A stretch of DNA of 39,180 nt from Nemertoderma westbladi (lineage: Eukaryota > Animalia > Xenacoelomorpha): NCBI GenBank assembly GCA_032718475.1, contig JAUCBJ010007283.1, positions 1 to 39,180 of the forward strand, given 5' to 3'. A program made the position numbers and the translations under genes. Each line of letters opens with the position of its first letter. The stretch's first letter is position 1. Below, in pieces: positions 13,201 to 25,702 of this stretch. The notes beneath the pieces were generated by a model. It searched no databases and had not been told where the DNA came from. It was given only the letters and a program-made list of their open reading frames with translations.

Positions 13201-16200
13201 GATAGGTCTCGCCCTAACTCGTTGCAACGTAATACTCAGAGCCGTCTGAAGTTCCACCGTCTGCCGCTAGAGGGCGAATTATCCGATAGTGAAAACCTGA
13301 TCTTATAGGGTTGTTTTTAATGCTTTTGAGCTGAAACGTGGTAGCTATATACTGCAGCATAGGCTGTATATTTCCGGAGTCACTGGGTTGTCTACAGTTC
13401 CCCAGTCTACCGTTAGAGGGCTAAATGTCTGAGAGTTAACATCTTCTCCAACTTTATTATTTACAATCCGTTTTGACTGAAACTTGGTAGGCATCTACTA
13501 CAGCATAGGCTGAATCTTTACTGAGTCGCAGAGTCGTCTACAATTTCCCAGTCTACCGCAAGAGGGCGAAATGTCTGCAAGTTAACATCTTCTCCAACTT
13601 TGTTATTTATAATCCATTTAGACTGAACTTGGTAGGCATCTACTACAGCATAGGCTATATCTTTACTGAGTCGCGCAGAGTTGTCTACAGTACCCGCGTC
13701 TGCCGCTAGAGGGCGAAATGTATGAAAGTTAACATCTTCTCCAACTTTGTTATTTACAAACCTTTTAGACTGAAACTTGGTAGGCATCTACTATAGCATA
13801 GGCTATATCTTTGCGGAGTAGTAGAGTCGTCTACAGTTCCACAGTCAGCCGCAAGAGGGCGAATTGTCTGATAGTGAAAACCTCATCCCATTTGGTTCTT
13901 TTTAATCCTTTTGAGCTGAAACTTGGCAGGTATCTACTACATCCTAGGCTCTATCTTTACGGAGTTGCAGAGTCCTATACACTTCCCCAGTCTACCGCTA
14001 GAGGGTGAAATGTCTGAAAGTTACCATCTTCTCCAACTTTGTTATTTATAATCCATTTAGACTGAACTTGGTAGGCATCTACTACAGCATAGGCTATATC
14101 TTTACTGAGTCGCGCAGAGTTGTCTACATTACCCGCGTCTGCCGCTAGAGGGCGAAATGTATGAAAGTTAACATCTCCTCCAACTTTGTTATTTACAATC
14201 CTTTTAGACTGAAACTTGGTAGACATCTACTATAGCATAGGCTATATCTTTGTGGAGTAGTAGAGTCGTCTACAGTTCCACAGTCAGCCGCTAGAGGGGG
14301 AATTGTCTGATAGTGAAAACCTCATCCCATTTGGTTCTTTTTAATCCTTTTGAGCTGAAACTTGGCAGGTATCTACTACATCATAGGCTGTATCTTTACG
14401 GAGTTGCAGAGTCCTATACACTTCCCCAGTCTACCGCTAGAGGGTGAAATGTCTGAAAGTTAACATCTTCTCCAACTTTGTTATTTACTAACGGTTTAGA
14501 CTGAAACTTGGTAGGCATCTACTACAACATAGGCTGTACCTTTACTGATTCGCAGAGTTGTATACAGTCCCCCCATTTGACGCTAGAGGGCGAAATATCT
14601 GATAGTGAACACCTCATCCCATTTGGTTCTTTTTAATCCTATTGAGCTGGAACTTGGCAGGAATCTACTACAGCATATTCTGTATCTTTACTGAGTCCTA
14701 GAGTCGTCTACAGTTCTTCAGTCTACCGCTAGAGGGTGAAATGTTTGAATATGAACATCTACACCAATTTTGTTATTTACAATCTGTTTAAGCTGAAACT
14801 TGAAAGGCAGGCATTTTACTTCACCATAAACCCCATCTTTACCAAACTGCAGCGCCGTCTGCATTTCACCACTCCGCAGGTAGAGGGTGGATCTGAAAGT
14901 GATCATTTTCTGGAAATTTTGTTATTTACAATCTGCCTAAAGTTGAAACTTGACAGTTATCTCTTATGGGGGTGGTGTTTTATTTAATGATGGTGTCTGT
15001 TCCGTATGCAGTTCTCAAATCTCCCACACATATTCATATATCATCTGCACGTGCACTAGAAAGCTGTGGCCCGAAGGGCCACAGGCTTTCTAGTCTAATA
15101 TATATAAATATCGATTGTCTGTCAGTCAGTCTGTCTGTCTGTGTGTTTGTCATCGGCTATACAATCGAACCCATCTCGATGAAATCTCGCTTGCTATAGC
15201 TCGTTAGAAAGGTCTCGCTCTAACTCGTTGCAACGTAATACTCAGAGTCGTCTGAAGTTCGCCCGTCTGCCGCTAGAGGGCGATTTTCGTGATTTTCGGG
15301 CGAAATTTATCGAATTATTTCGGTTCTTCTATCGGTAATTAATTATTTAGAGGGCTAACATTTATCCCACCTGGTATAAAATTAACATGGGTAGATTCGC
15401 CGTGTCCCATTCTCACAAAGTTTTTATTTTATTCGAGTGTTTAATATAAATATGTATGATTATTTATTGATTAAAAACCAAATAGTGTATAAATATGTCA
15501 TATTCGCCAAGCACGATCGAATTGGCCTATTCTTAGTGCTGTAGTGAATAGGGAAGGATTTTTTTCTGTATCATAGCAACGTTAAGGTAATTATTGAAAT
15601 CGCAGCTAGCTGGGCACAGATAAGGAGCAAGCCAGGCTGTATGTAGTGTTGATTGGGGTGGGTTTGGGTTGTCTGTTGCGAACTGCTCAAGTGTAATTCT
15701 GCTTTCTCAATCATTGGCTGCATGGAAGGAGAGGTTTATAACATTTTTGTTTTACTGTTATGAATATTAAAAGTAAAATAATTATTTCTGTAGGCCTATA
15801 CTTACTGTATTATTATTTTATCTAATATTATACATCTAATCTCGATGAAATCTCGCTTACTATAGCTCGTTAGATAGGTCTTGCCCTAACTCGTTGCAAC
15901 GTAATACTCAGAGCCGTCTGAAGTTTCCCCATCTGCCGCTATCTGTCTTTACTGAGTCGCAGAGTCGTCTACAATTCCCCAGTCTACCGCTAGAGGGCGA
16001 AATGTCTGAAAGTTAACATCTTCTCCAACTTTGTTATTTATAATCCATTTAGACTGAACTTGGTAGGCATCTACTACAGCATAGGCTATATCTTTACTGA
16101 GTCGCGCAGAGTTGTCTACATTACCCGCGTCTGCCGCTAGAGGGTGAAATGTATGAAAGTTAACATCTCCTCCAACTTTGTTATTTACAATCCTTTTAGA

Positions 16201-17052
16201 CTGAAACTTGGTAGGCATCTACTATAGCATAGGCTATATCTTTGCGGAGTAGTAGAGTCGTCTACAGTTCCACAGTCAGCCGCTAGAGGGCGAATTGTCT
16301 GATAGTGAAAACCTCATCCCATTTGGTTCTTTTTAATCATTTTGAGCTGAAACTTGGTTGGTATCTACTACATCATAGGCTGTATCTTTACGGGGTTGCA
16401 GAATCCTATTCACTTCCCCAGTCTACCGCTAGAGGGTGAAATGTCTGAAAGTTAACATCTTCTACAACTTTGTTATTTACTAACGGTTTAGACTGAAACT
16501 TGGTAGGCATCTACTACAGCATAGGCTGTACCTTTACGGAGTCACAGCGTTGTATACAGTCCCCCCATCTGCCGCTAGAGGGCGACATATCTGATAGTGA
16601 ACACCTCATCCCATTTGGTTCTTTTTAATCCTATTGAGCTGGAACTTGGCAGGAATCTACTACAGCATATTCTGTATCTTTACGGAGTCCCAGAGTCGTC
16701 TACAGTTCTTCAGTCTACCCCTACAGTAGAGGGTGAAATGTCTGAATGTGAACATCTACACCAATTTTGTTATTTACAATCTGTTTAAGCGGAAACTTGA
16801 AAGGCAGGCATTTTACTTCACCATAAACCCCATCTTTACCAAACTGCAGCGCCGTCTGCATTTCACCAGTCCGCAGGTAGAGGGTGGATCTGAAAGTGAT
16901 CATTTTCTGGAAATTTTGTTATTTACAATCTGCCTAAAGTTGAAACTTGACAGTTATATCTTATGGGGGTGGTGTTTTATTTAATGATGGTGTCTATTCC
17001 GTATGCAGTTCTCGAATCTCCCACACATATTCATATATCATCTGCACGTGCA

Positions 17053-17090
17053 CTAGAAAGCTGTGGCCCGAAGGGCCACAGGCTTTCTAG
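17053..17090 (+). other. Helitron 3' terminal hairpin (same at every intact unit end)
   Basis: CTAGAAAGC-TGTGGCCC-GAA-GGGCCACA-G-GCTTTCTAG: 8-bp GC-rich stem with GAA loop plus a 9-bp outer stem that includes the terminal CTAG. Confidence 0.85.
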
Positions 17091-17160
17091 TAAAGATAGA
17101 AATATAAAGAAATATTAGGTTCCCCATGCTGCCATGTCTGCACTGTTACGGAGACGGTCT

Positions 17161-17301
17161 GTAGATAGATAGATAGATTTATTTATACATTATGTAAAAA
17201 ACAATAACAAATACACCAAACAATGTACCAGTATAAAGGTATTGTCCAACATAACATAGGATTACCCCTAAAGCTTTGCAGCTTATTTCCAAGGAGGTCC
17301 T
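17161..17301 (-). mobile_element. 3' tail fragment of a LINE/SINE
   Basis: Minus strand reads GGACCTCCTTGGAAATAAGCTGCAAAGCTTTAGGGGTAATCC...AATAAAA(TCTA)n; the same ~60-bp core recurs at 26370-26440. Confidence 0.5.
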
Positions 17302-19019
17302 GTCGGTACCCAAACGGGGAAGTACCGGAACGGCAGACCACTGTTCCGGTCCGGTACGGTATTTCAGTATTTTACGGAGTTATATCGGCCTTACTGACTT
17401 ATTTCAGTATTACAGTATGGAGAAAAGTTCTGGAAGTACAATTCACTAAGATTGTGAAGAAAAACAGAAATAAAATATTTGAGTAAACTGGGTAAATGCA
17501 AAATTAATTAGTGCCTAATTAAGTAGAACCTGAATTGAGTCCTACATTGACGTTCCTAGATGTGCTGATATACGATGGTACCGGCAGCGGGTATACATAA
17601 AGTAGGCCCTACTGTACTTTCAGTATCACAGTAAAACTGCATAAATCCATGTGCGGGTAGAGTTTGTTTCAGTTCCAATATTTTCATGATAAAATCGCCA
17701 ACAATAATGGATAGGTTATAATTACTATGGAGGAAACAATTGCGCAACGGAGTTTATAGTTGGGTGGCTAATTTCATCCCATAGCCATACGCCGCGATCA
17801 CAAGTCATAGATCAAAAGTAACCCATAATGTCATGATAGTTGGCCCCTGTCTAAAAAAAGACATGTTGGCAATCCTGAAAGTTGTGCAGGGTACATGTTT
17901 CCATGAAAACCAGTATTTCATGAAATATTGGCTGATTGGTAAGCGCCTGGAGCTGGAAAGTAATACAAATGAAGTCAAAATGTTTTTGAACTATGCACTA
18001 CATTGGAGAACTACAATAGAAAGAGTTTACTCATCGTAGATTTGTTCTGTTTACATGGCAACCGACCTAATATATATTAATTCGCTATGTTTCATACAGT
18101 GGGTTAATTATTATTGTGCTTAATTTTTACATAACCCAATATGCAGAATTTTTATTTTTTATTTTTTTATTGCGTACCAGTAATCATAGCAACCATTTTA
18201 AATATTTATTAATTACGAATAAATCGCTTGTCTGTTCATATGGCATGCGGGACCAATACCGACCCCCACTAAAGTATATATCACTTATTGATTCTGCACC
18301 CGAATTGCATTGTTCTATAGAACAATTATAGATTACCATAGATATAGATATACAGTAGGTTATACTGTACTTGGACTTGCCATATTGGAGGAAACAATCG
18401 CCACATCGGATGTTATAGTTGTCATATGGGAGATTCGCTACGAATGCAGTGCCGGAAGTTCGTGTCAAGACACGTTTCAAGATGTAATGGGAGGATCGGA
18501 ATGTACCGGTATAATTTTAAATTCGTCAACATTTTTTTGAAAAATGTCGAAAAAACGGACGAAGTACCGGTACTGTATGGCCCCTATTTTCGATCCGAAA
18601 TATAATTAAATTGCTTTCCCCTATTCTATTCGATACGAAGTTAAATCCGCTGTTTCTCTCTCCAATCGCTGTAGTTCTTTGCGTCCTTTGCGTTCTATAC
18701 GTCCTTTGCTATAAATATTAGCCGAGATACTGTAGTGTCGTTAGATAACAATGATTTTGTCCGTTTTTTTCAACGTTGACGGACAATTGCGGGAAAACAG
18801 CAAGGTAATATGTCTTAAAACTAAAAACGAATTCACTAATTATTTATCCCCCCCCTATCATATCCCGGCGTCTGCTAAGCAATTACCTTTGGTTTTTTTT
18901 GAGTCTATGTGATTTCAGAAATTTACAATAGAATAAAAAATATAGCCAACTGTGTATGTTTTTTTTGTAATTTGTAATTTCGGATTTTACTATTGGCCAT
19001 TCGGGCCAAAAGCCCAAAA

Positions 19020-19240
19020 TTATTATATTATTAATTAATATATTATATTATTAATTAATATATTATATTATTAATTAATATATTATATTATTAATTAATA
19101 TATTATATTATTAATTAATATATTATATTATTAATTAATATATTATATTATTAATTAATATATTATATTATTAATTAATATATTATATTAATTATTATCT
19201 TATTAATCCATATATTATATTATTAATTAATATATTATAA
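19020..19240. repeat. 20-bp AT-only minisatellite
   Basis: (TATTATATTATTAATTAATA)n, about 8.5 perfect copies then degenerate. Confidence 0.95.
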
Positions 19241-19960
19241 CGAACCTGTCTTTAGACTGGGTAGTTTTTGTCAAAAGCTGAGGCCGGCAAAAACACGATG
19301 GATATATTAATATATGTCACTATATCACTCACTATGTATGTTCACCAAATGGCTTGAAACCACTTGCATGCATTGTAAAATTGTAAACGCAAGTATTTAT
19401 CAATTGTTGTCTAGTTGTTGAATAAAAAAGTTGGGAACGATTCGAAGTGCGATATTCGAAATATTTGCATATTTTCAACATTATTGAACGCGAAATTAAA
19501 TACCCACAACTCCCTTGCTTGAAATGTTTTTCAGGTGATTGATATTTAGCAATTATTATGAGGTTACTTACTACTGAAATCTGACAGAATTCCAAACGTA
19601 TTATTATAGTTCTATCTCTATTCAGCCAGTTAGTGTAATGTCAAGCAGTACATCATTTATATATCGTATGTATCTATAGGGCCTAATTGTCATCGTTATA
19701 ATACTGTCATCAACTTAGGCTAAGCTCAATTGTAATGCAAAGGCTTAGTAGGTTTTGTATATCTGGGACGTTTACAACAGCTGTCGATTAAACTAACAAA
19801 ACCATAAAACTGAACCTGGGTGGCTGCCAGCCGGGTACCAACGGCTGTTGGGTAGACTTAAGGGAACATTTCACAAACTTTCATAGGATGCTTGTACATG
19901 TACATTATATTGGTTGCTCCGATGTTTTTATTAGGCTAACTGAGAATGTATCAGGTATAA

Positions 19961-21535
19961 ATACTGTGGGGCGAGCCACGAAGTTGGCGGAGCCTTAGCG
20001 AATTGACACTGTTAGGGGGTGGGTCAATTTATGCAAATAGTTGTCGTCGTCGTCGTCGTCGTCGTTGTCGTCGTCGTCGTTGTCGTCGTCGTCGTTGTCG
20101 TCGTCGTTACGATTTTGACATGCTAATAACTTTGTCGGATTTAAAGCTGCCAAGTTGAAAATTTGTAGGTATCAATATGAGCAAAAGTTGAGATTTTTGA
20201 GAGACTTTCAGACACCATCAGTGCAATGGTCTCCCGCTAGAGGGCCACATGTCTAAACATTAAATGGCCACCCATTTCTTTGCTTTTAATCCGTTTAAGC
20301 TGAAACTTGGGAAGTATGTACTAGACCATTAGCTGTAAATTTCAAAGGAGGCTAATCTGTCTGCAGTTCTCCAGTCTGCCGCTAGAGGGCGAAATGTCCC
20401 GAATGTGAAATTATTCTTCCATTTAGTTGTTTATGATCTGATTACGCTGAAACTTGTCATATATGTACTAGATGACATCCTGAGTCTTTGTGTGGATTGT
20501 AATCGGTCCGAAGTTTTCCAGTCTCCCGCTAGAGGGCCACATGTCTAAACATTAAATGGCCACCCATTTCTTTGCTTTTAATCCGTTTAAGCTGAAACTT
20601 GGGAAGTATGTACTAGACCATTAGCTGTAAATTTCAAAGGAGGCTAATCTGTCTGCAGTTCTCCAGTCTGCCGCTAGAGGGCGAAATGTCCCGAATGTGA
20701 AATTATTCTTCCATTTAGTTGTTTATGATCTGATTACGCTGAAACTTGTCATATATGTACTAGAAGACATCCTGAGTCTTTGTGTGGATTGTAATCGGTC
20801 CGAAGTTTTCCAGTCTCCCGCTAGAGGGCCACATGTCTAAACATTAAATGGCCACCCATTTCTTTGCTTTTAATCCGTTTAAGCTGAAACTTGGGAAGTA
20901 TGTACTAGACCATTAGCTGTAAATTTCAAAGGAGGCTAATCTGTCTGCAGTTCTCCAGTCTGCCGCTAGAGGGCGAAATGTCCCGAATGTGAAATTATTC
21001 TTCCATTTAGTTGTTTATGATCTGATTACGCTGAAACTTGTCATATATGTACTAGAAGACATCCTAAGTCTTTGTGTGGACAGTAATCGGTCCGGAGTTT
21101 TCGAGTCTGCCGCTAGAGGGCGAAATGTAGGAAAGTGATAACCTTTGCGAATTCCTTGATCTTAATCTATTTAAGCTGAATTTTGGAATATACAGTACCG
21201 GTATGTACTAGACCACATGCCTCGTCTTTGTGAGGAAGGTGATCGATCCGTAGTTCTTTAATATGCCGCTAGAGGGCTAAATGTATGAAAGTGAAAACCT
21301 TCCAACATTTCGTTATTTATGATCCGTCAATCGGAAACTTGGTAGATATGTAATAGACCATAGGATGTGGCTTTGTAGGGAAACTAATCCTTCCTTCTTC
21401 AGTTACCCAGTCTCCCGCTAGAGGGTTAACGTTTTCCGGGAAAATCTTCTCCTATGTTTTTATAATCCTTTCGAGTTGATACTTAGCATTAACTCATTTC
21501 ACGTGCTGCGCGAAGGCCCCACTTCGTGTAATTAT
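19961..21535 (+). mobile_element. HINE/DINE-1-like (Helentron-associated) non-autonomous element with central tandem repeats
   Basis: 5' GTGGGGCGAGCCACGAAG and 3' GGCCCCACTTCGTG short subterminal inverted matches; (GTC)n microsatellite 20041-20108; central array of 146-bp monomers. Family assignment rests on architecture only. Confidence 0.6.
20229..21430 (+). repeat. 292-bp (2 x 146) dimeric tandem repeat with CTCF-like motif
   Basis: CTCCCGCTAGAGGGCCAC at 20231, 20523, 20815 (period 292), alternating with CTGCCGCTAGAGGGCGA; about 9 motifs in all; three near-identical dimers then diverged monomers. Confidence 0.9.
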
Positions 21536-21812
21536 AGTGTTCTTTATTTTATTTATCTAATACAGAAAAGACCCCTCCGCAGAATAAACTGCTCTTTTGG
21601 GCCGTTTCTCAGGTTGCGGATATGGATACCATTTCACACATCATCGTAGTAATTGTGATTATGATTTGTTTGCCTAGGCGAATGTGTATTACATTAGATG
21701 GGAGGCAGTTTTTTGGTTGATGCAAGTCATTCTTGGTTTGCAACTTCCAATCGCATGTTTCTTGGAGTCTGTTTTAGACAGGTTCGTTTAAAGCCATCTT
21801 GATGGCGTTCTA

Positions 21813-21980
21813 GTATTATTAATTAATATATTATATTATTAATTAATATATTATATTATTAATTAATATATTATATTATTAATTAATATATTATATTATT
21901 AATTAATATATTATATTATTAATTAATATATTATATTATTAATTAATATATTATATTATTTTTATAAATTATTATATTAT
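21813..21980. repeat. 20-bp AT-only minisatellite, second block
   Basis: Same unit and orientation as 19020-19240, about 7 copies. Confidence 0.95.
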
Positions 21981-22087
21981 AACCTCATGACTTCCGGTTA
22001 GGGTTAAATTACTGCTTTAATTATGGTTTGTGCCTGACCAACAAACCCTAACCTAAAACAAACCAACACCCCATAGTCAGTACTGTA

Positions 22088-22568
22088 TGCATATTTCCAA
22101 CTGGGGTGTCGTTTCAGCTTATGGAAGTATTTCTGGGCTGTTAGATCTACTTATATCAGTATTAAGGTCAAAGGCAGAAAGGGTTTAGAGTACCCATAAC
22201 TGACCACGCATTGAAGCTCACAATTCGTTTACCCTAGGCCTACCTATTTTTACCTGTTGCCTTACTGTAGTACTCACCTGCTATTAGCAATTATTGACCT
22301 AGCCTACAGGCGTAGACAGATACTGATGAGTTCAGCAGGCTGTCAGGAGCTTTAGCTTTGAATATTTTTATCTGTCAGTACAGCAGTACCGATACTCACT
22401 CAGACAGTTTCCCCAAACGACATCCCTTTTGGCAATTAGGCTGAACCGACACACCTTTTGGCTATTGGAGAGTGTTAGCCAATGAGGTGAGCTTATTGAA
22501 GAAACATCCAATTAGAACCCCAGAAATACTTCCATAGGCTGAAACGACACCCCAATTGGAAATATGCG
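22088..22568. mobile_element. MITE with ~50-bp TIRs and TA flanks (Tc1/mariner-type TSD)
   Basis: TGCATATTTCCAACTGGGGTGTCGTTTCAGCTTATGGAAGTATTTCTGGG (22088-22137) is the near-perfect reverse complement of 22519-22568; TA on both sides. Confidence 0.85.
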
Positions 22569-22859
22569 TACTGTATACCTACAAAAAAACCGAAATCCAA
22601 GCCATTAAGTGAACCAAGTCAGCCAACTAAAATAACGCTGTATGTTTTCCGTATAAAAACCGTGCATAATCGCCGACATAATTTAAGGCAATCTTTATAT
22701 AGAACCCGAACTGAAAATAAATTAATAGGCCTATGTTGTATGTAATACCGGTAATAGAATAAAATATAATAATAAAATATAGTAAGAAGTTAAAGAAGTG
22801 TATAAAAAAAAACCTGATACGACACCAAGGAAATACATGTACTCAATCCAGCGTAAAAA

Positions 22860-22990
22860 AAAAAAGCAAACAGTCGGCCGAAGCCGGAGGCGACCCAAAG
22901 GCTCCTCTTTCGATAGCTGCTACCCGAGGGTAGGGGTGGGCGCTACTCCTATCCCAAGATTTGCTCCCAGTTATTTAACTGGTACTCATT
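22860..22990 (-). mobile_element. 3' half of a SINE-like element
   Basis: GC-rich island in AT-rich DNA; minus strand AATGAGTACCAG...GGAGTAGCGCCCACCCCTAC...GGAGCCTTTGGGTCGCCTC resembles invertebrate SINE core/tail sequences (from recall, not a search); no tRNA head visible. Confidence 0.45.
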
Positions 22991-24017
22991 CCAGCGTAGG
23001 ACTGTTAAAAACCGGCGATGCACAAACAACAAACTAATATAGGTTAAAACAAAGTAGTGTAGAATCGGTAGAACTATTGAAATTTGAATAAGATATGTAT
23101 GGATTATTAAAAACCGACTGAATTAAAATTTAAATAAAATATGTATGAATTACTAAAAACTGACGGGGTAGCGGTTAGTGTGGCGCAAACAACGTACGTA
23201 CCATAATTTTAAATAAGTATTTAAAAATATTGACAATAAATTTGTAAATAAGTACTGTTCTACAGGCTTAAAAACATGTCAATAACAAATAGTCTAAATT
23301 GATACCAAATTTAATTAAAGATTTCTTACGTACAGATCCGAATGTGAAGCGATTATTGCCTAATGGTCAATAAAAATTAATTAATAAATTATGTATTCCT
23401 ATATTATTGATACAATTAAAAATGATTTAATTAAAATATTGTAATTAAAATGTAGTATTCCTACTGTACCATAGGTTTTCATGCGTATATTTGGGCATGA
23501 AAGGGTTAAATAAATAAATAAATTTATAGACTAGAAATTAAATATAAACCAATCAATTAAGTTATTGAATTCATTAAATTTAGAGTTACAATTATCACTC
23601 ATTGAAAAATGTTTCTAGGTCCACCACGACGGATAAAATTTCAGATTGAAGTGCTTATAGTGAGTGTTTAGGCGAGATTTAAAAGTATTTAATGATGGGG
23701 AAGTTACTACAGCGTCGGTTAGCGCATTCCATGGTTCAACAACCCGAAAGTGGAAAGTCGAGTTCCTCTGTAGTAGTCTCGCTCTTGGCTTTTCGAGTTT
23801 TAGACTGTGACCGCGCGTGCTGGTCGACGCAAGTGTAAACTTGTTCCTATGGTCCACCGATTCGAGCCCCGATAGATAACGGTAGGCCTACACCAGGACC
23901 AGGTCTGCCCGATGGCACCGGTACTCGAGTGTGGGGAGGCCAAGTTCTCGCAGGCGCGTTGGGTACGGCTTGTCTTGCAGGGTGGCCACTAATCGTGTAG
24001 CGCGTCATTGGACTCCT

Positions 24018-24917
24018 TCAATTAGCCGTATCTCGCCGATCCTGTGGGTAGACCAAACCGTTGATGTTTGATGTGTATTCTACGGTTGGTCGTACGGGCG
24101 CTTTATAAAGATTAATAAAAATTCCTCCATCTAGATGTTTAAATGTTCGATATAACAAACCAAGAGTTCGGTTGGCTTTTTTCACTATCGTTGATATATG
24201 GTGGCTGAACGAGAGATCCCTTTGAAATATGACTCCCAGGTCTTTTTCTTTATTTGATACTTCTATTGTATGGTTGCCGAGGTTGTATGGGAGGTTTGGA
24301 ATGCCATAACCCAAATGCATCGCTTTGCATTTCGAATAATTGAAGGTCAACTGCCAAGTACAGCTCCAATCGAAAAGTATGTCCAGGTCCGTCTGTAGTG
24401 GTCCAATGGCTGGGGTAGGGCGAGGGTTAAAGATTACACTGTCTTTTGTGTCATCCACAAATAAGAATATTAAAAAATGGACAAGCGATGGTAAGTCATT
24501 TGCAAAGCAAAGGAACCATAGGACAGCCGCGATACTTCCTTGAGGAACTCCACTGAGCACTGCCAACCAATTGGAGCACTCTCCTTCCACGACTACCCGT
24601 TGCTGGCGATCATTTAAAAAATTTTCAATCCACCGGAGCAGGTTCCCCGCAAATCCGAGAGCACTTAGCTTATGTATGAGCCGTTTATGTGGAACTGCAT
24701 CAAACGCCTTCGAGAAGTCTAGGTAAGCAACGTCTACACATTGTTTGTTGTCCATAGCCTGCGACCAGTTGTAGATGACATCTAGTAATTGGAGAGTGCA
24801 GGATCGCCCCTTTTGAAATCCGTATTGTTCATCTGCTGTTAAATGATTTTCTATTAGATGAGTCCACATTCCGGCAACCACAATACGTTCCATCAGTTTC
24901 GAAACTACAGACGTCAA
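24018..24917 (-). pseudogene. Reverse transcriptase domain of CR1-type LINE
   Basis: 299-aa ORF with non-LTR RT motifs; flanking parts lie in other frames. Confidence 0.92.
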
Positions 24918-25702
24918 ACTGACTCGCCTGTAATTCTCTGGATTCGTCTTTATTCCTCGTTTGAAGATGGGGGTTATATTTGCAAGTTTCCACTCCGAAG
25001 GTACGGTACTGTTGAAGTGTCCATGGATTTTTGGAACAGGATAGACAACGGTTCTGCAAGAACTGAGGATAGCTCAACTAACATTATTGGATATACTCCG
25101 TCAGGACCAGTGCGCTGGATGGGTTAATTTTACCTATCTCTTCAGACACAATAGATGGAGTGAAATCTATTGTTTGAATACTCTCGATGTATATTGGATT
25201 GTGTTGTACTATCGGAACGGGGAGGACCTCAGTAGTAGATATGGAGTGATAATGGTTGTTCAAAACTGTCACTTTCTCTTTTTGCTATCACTGACTAGAT
25301 TACCATCCCTATCGATGAGATTATGTACAGATGATTTTACTGATCGTTTCGAATGAACGTATTTCCAGAACTGTTTCCGATTGGTCGCAGCATTTGTAGC
25401 GGTCATTTTCTCGAAGCTATATTGTGCATTGCGAATCGTTGTACTGCACTCATTGCGTTTGGACTTGTAATTATTGTATGATGTAGCAGACGGAGTCGTT
25501 CTATAAACATCACACAATTTCCGTTTTCTTTTAATCATGTTGGATATCTCTCTTGTTAGCCACTTTGGTTTGTTAGTTCTTCTTTTACCGACCTTTGAAC
25601 GTGGGATATGTGACTCACAAGCATTGATTAGGTGGGAATGTAGAGTTTCCCATGATTGGTGAACTTCCATTGAAATTAATGTATTCTCTAATCGGTTCTC
25701 AA

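Larger units (their letters stand above)
1..17090 (+). mobile_element. Head-to-tail tandem array of non-autonomous Helitron-like elements (about 8 full or partial units; begins before the window)
   Basis: Repeated junction GGCTTTCTAG|TCTAATATATATAAAT at 2184/2185, 6512/6513, 8729/8730, 12434/12435 and 15093/15094; last unit ends CTAG|T at 17090. Matches Helitron 5'-TC...CTRR-3' termini with a subterminal hairpin; (TGTC)n microsatellite near each 5' end; no RepHel ORF. Confidence 0.85.

Noticed and set aside
358-16984. Dozens of recurring 60-107 aa ORFs (MPTKFQSKR..., MITFRSTLY..., MGVVFYLMM...)
   Set aside because: Translations of the tandem repeats on both strands; frames are not conserved between monomers; no recognisable domain.
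17300-19000. Possible host exons in unique sequence
   Set aside because: Short ORFs without recognisable motifs; no supportable gene model.
21990-22060. Telomere-like GGTTAGGGTTA / AACCCTAACC
   Set aside because: Only one or two units each; too short to call.
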